From: Pristiophorus japonicus
Lineage: Eukaryota
NCBI RefSeq assembly: GCF_044704955.1
Contig: NC_091999.1
Location: forward strand, 17,360,001 to 17,424,000
Direction of reading: 5' to 3'
Length of the DNA: 64,000 bases
The position numbers and the translations under genes were made by a program. Positions 60,841 to 64,000 of this stretch are shown here, in pieces; the first letter of the stretch is position 1, and every line of letters starts with the position of its first letter. The notes beneath the pieces were generated by a model. It was not told the DNA's origin and searched no databases. It was given only the letters and a program-made list of their open reading frames with translations.

Positions 60841-61234
60841 TGTGCATTCATGAAAACCCAGAAATTGCAATCTGTCAAGATTTTCCTTGACAGATCGGCC
60901 GCATCCCTGGGAAATGGACATTTGATGGTGGAGATTTTGGCTATTTGCCTAGCGAATGCCCATGAAAATCTTGCACCTGTTAAAAGGAGGCAGAGTGTTT
61001 TATTTTACCAGTGTAAGATTGCAGTTATTATTCAAATATATTTTAATCATTTAAACATAATAAAACCTTTAAAAGTTATTATGTTAACTTAACTTCTTGA
61101 AAACATTTACATTTATTTTTCAAAAAGTTAAATATTTGTTTAAAATGTTTACTTTAATTGTATTTTAATTCATTTTGATGTATTGCTTGAGTTATAATTA
61201 AAAGGTGTATAGTTCTGTTTTTAGGGGGTTCCTA

Positions 61235-63886
61235 TTATCTTCTCTTAGGCAGACCCCAGAGTTGAGGATGACTTGCTTCCACACTAAAATGGGTTCGAAG
61301 GTGACTGCTGAGAACAATGGTGGATTTAGAGTCTCTCTCACAGGTGGGGCAGAGGGTTTTTGGAGGGACTGGTGGGTGGGGTGCTTGATTTGTCGTTCAC
61401 TCCTTCCGCTCTTTATACTTGGCTTCTACTTGATCACGGCGGATAAACTTGAAGTCCTTGGTGCCTTGTAGGATTCTTCTGATCCACTTGGGCCAGGTAT
61501 TCCCAAGGGTCAGTGGGGATGCTAATTTTTATCAAGGAGGCTTTGATGGTGTCGTTGAAGCGTTTTCTCTGCCCTCCTCGACCTCGCCTGCTGTGACCAA
61601 GCTCAGAGTAGAATGCTTGTTTCGGAACTCTAGTATCGGACATGCGGACAATGTGGCCCGTCTATCGGAGCTGATCGAGCATATTAAATGCCACGATGCA
61701 AGGGAATTTGGCCTGAGAGAGAACCCTGATGTTGGTGCGCTTATCCTGCCAATAAGTTCGCATGATCTCGCGGAGGAAGCGTTGGTGCTACTTCTCCAGT
61801 GCTTTGAGGTGCCTACTGTACATAGTCCATGTCTCTGAAGCATAGAAGAGGCCGGATACCACGACTGTTGCCTGTTTCTGGGATTGAGATCTTGGTGTTT
61901 GAACACTCTTTTCCTCAATCGACCAAAGGCTCCACTGGCACATTGAATAATGTGATGGACTTCGTCATCGATGTCTGTCCTTGCTGATAGTAGGCTCCCA
62001 AGTTATGGGAAGTGGTCCCGATTGTCAAAGATCCCGACATGGATCTTGATAATCGAGGAGCAGTACTGTGTAGCGGGGTCGGGTTGCTGGAGAACGTTTG
62101 TCATACTGATGCTTAATGAAAGGCCCACTATCTCGTATGCTCCAGTGAAATGTCAATGATGGTTTGGTGTATGGGCTCTGAATGTGCACAAATGCAAGCA
62201 ACGTCTGAATACTGTAATTCAATGAAAGAGGCTGGACCTACCTTGGATCTGTACCGGAGGCGTCACAGGTTGAACAATTTCCTGCTTGTCCATTAGATTA
62301 ACTACACACCAGTGGCGAGATTTTTAAAGGTGATGTGAAGCATTGCAGCGAGGAAGATTGAGAAGAGCGTCCTTGTGATGACACAGCCTTGCTTAACCTC
62401 CTTCTGAACTTATATTGTGTTTGTAGTAGATCCTTTGGTGATAAATTTCAGAGGAGAACCAAATTTGAGAATGACTGATGTGGAGTATTAAAAAAGATAC
62501 TCGATACAAGTTTTTCCATGTTTCTGTTTTTATACAGTCAAAATACATACAAAATCATAAAGTTCCATGTGGAGGCTTTCCATTTGTTGTTTCCCTGCTG
62601 CGTCACAAATTTTTCTCCTACCTACTACGATAACAAATATTAATTGTTTAATACAATTACTTTGAAAGCAAGCTTCGTTACGTCCTCTGTGCACTTTTTA
62701 TCTGATAAGTTAAGTGTCACATCATTCTTAGCTCTTCTCCTCTTTGCCTAACTGCTTTGAATCAGGTGAGATATTCTTCAATCATCTTTTGTTTCCCGTA
62801 GTCTCTTACTACCCCATGTAACGTAGCCTTGGAATGTATTTTTCTCAACTGTCTGGTTTATACTGTGATAAGATGATCTATCTTCCTGAGCGTTCTAGTT
62901 CTATCATTTTCCCTATGTTCGTAGCACGTATTTTTTTCTCTTACAAACTTGCTTTTAATTTTTAGCTTTACTTAATTAGGTCCCCTTATTAACCAATTAG
63001 GTTCACGCTACATATTTTTTTTCTGCAATGACACTCCATAATCCCTCATGGTTGACGGATTCGGAGACCTTTGTGAGAGCAAAGTAAGCGATGTACAAAG
63101 ATTGAAGTAGCTCCATACATTTTTCGTGGAATTGTCACACGGTGAATATCATGCCCATTGTGCCCCTTAGTTTGTGGAATCCGCATTTCGACTGTGGGAG
63201 GAGCTCTTCAGTCATTGGGAGGAGATAATTGAGGATGACTTGTGCGATAATTGTTCTTGCGGATTTCTGTAATTACTGCAATCGGACTTGTCACCTTTCT
63301 TGAAGATGGGCACGATTACAGCATCTTTGAGAGGCCCTGGTATGCTCTCCTCCTTCCAGTTAAGGGATATGAGGACATGAATTCGGGCCAAGTGTATTAA
63401 ACCACCATGTGTTAGTGCTTTGGTGGGGATTCCTGAGGCCTTGTTGTTCTTCAGTTGTCAGAAAGCCTTTTCACTCTCGTGCTGGGCCAGGATTTTACCG
63501 ATGTGGTGACGGGTTATATGTTGTGGGATGGGGCCAAGGACACTCACATCAAAGACAGAGGCTTGGTTGAGGTGATCCACGAAATGCTCCTTCCAGCGGC
63601 TAATGACTGCCTCTATGTCCATGATGAGCACTCCTCCATTCTAGGCTCTCAGTAGAATCGGACAGTGTGCTTGGGCCGTAGGTGATCTTGATTGTGCTAA
63701 AAAAAAATCCACGCACGTCATGATTGTCAGCTAATTGCTGGATCTCCTGCGCGTTTTCCACCCACCATCTGTTCTTATGTCACGAGTTTTTTGTTGTACC
63801 TCAGCCTTTACTTGTCTCTAGAACTGCTTGCTTTCACTCGAGTTGTGGTGTTGTTTCCAATTAAGAAATGATTTGCGTTTGCGGTT
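61235..63886 (-). mobile_element. RTE-clade LINE, degenerate, with an unrelated insert at ~62445-63040
   Basis: MSDTRVPKQAFYSEL..RGRGGQRKRFNDTIKASL C-terminus, LRKRVF, and VKQGCV/DAVIVPIFKKGDKSDCSNYR RT motifs. Confidence 0.85.
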
Positions 63887-64000
63887 TGTCAGACAGGAAG
63901 CAAAGAGTAGGAGTAAATGGGGACTTTTCAGAATGGCAGGCAGTGACTCGTGGGGTACCGCAAGGTTCTGTGCTGGGGCCCCAGCTGTTTACACTGTACA
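63887..64000 (+). mobile_element. CR1 RT fragment running off window end
   Basis: SDRKQRVGVNG..WQAVTRGVPQGSVLGPQLFTLY. Confidence 0.85.

Overview
Eukaryotic, repeat-dense DNA, most likely from a cartilaginous fish (shark). The evidence is IgM Cmu3/Cmu4 exons closely resembling shark IgM as I recall it, a SacSINE1/DeuSINE-type SINE and abundant HER1-like CR1 LINEs. I see no intact host protein-coding gene. 1-8.4 kb: two head-to-tail L1-clade Tx1 retrotransposons (minus), one with a nearly intact APE-RT ORF2. A third copy lies in the opposite orientation at 16.6-20.2 kb. 20.6-21.5 kb: a GPR139-like GPCR pseudogene exon. 24.1-26.6 kb and 48.1-52.5 kb: LTR-retroviral remnants with recognisable tRNA-Ser and tRNA-Arg primer-binding sites (PBS). 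30-48 kb: a decaying tandem array of about 8 units of ~2 kb, each [tRNA-Leu - DeuSINE - tRNA-Ser - tRNA-Asp - GA-rich spacer]. 54-57.7 kb: an IgM heavy-chain pseudogene whose secretory tailpiece is split by a CR1 insertion with a 5-bp target-site duplication (TSD). 61-64 kb: an RTE LINE. CR1 fragments occur throughout. Family assignments come from motif recognition by eye, not database searches, and many repeat boundaries are approximate.
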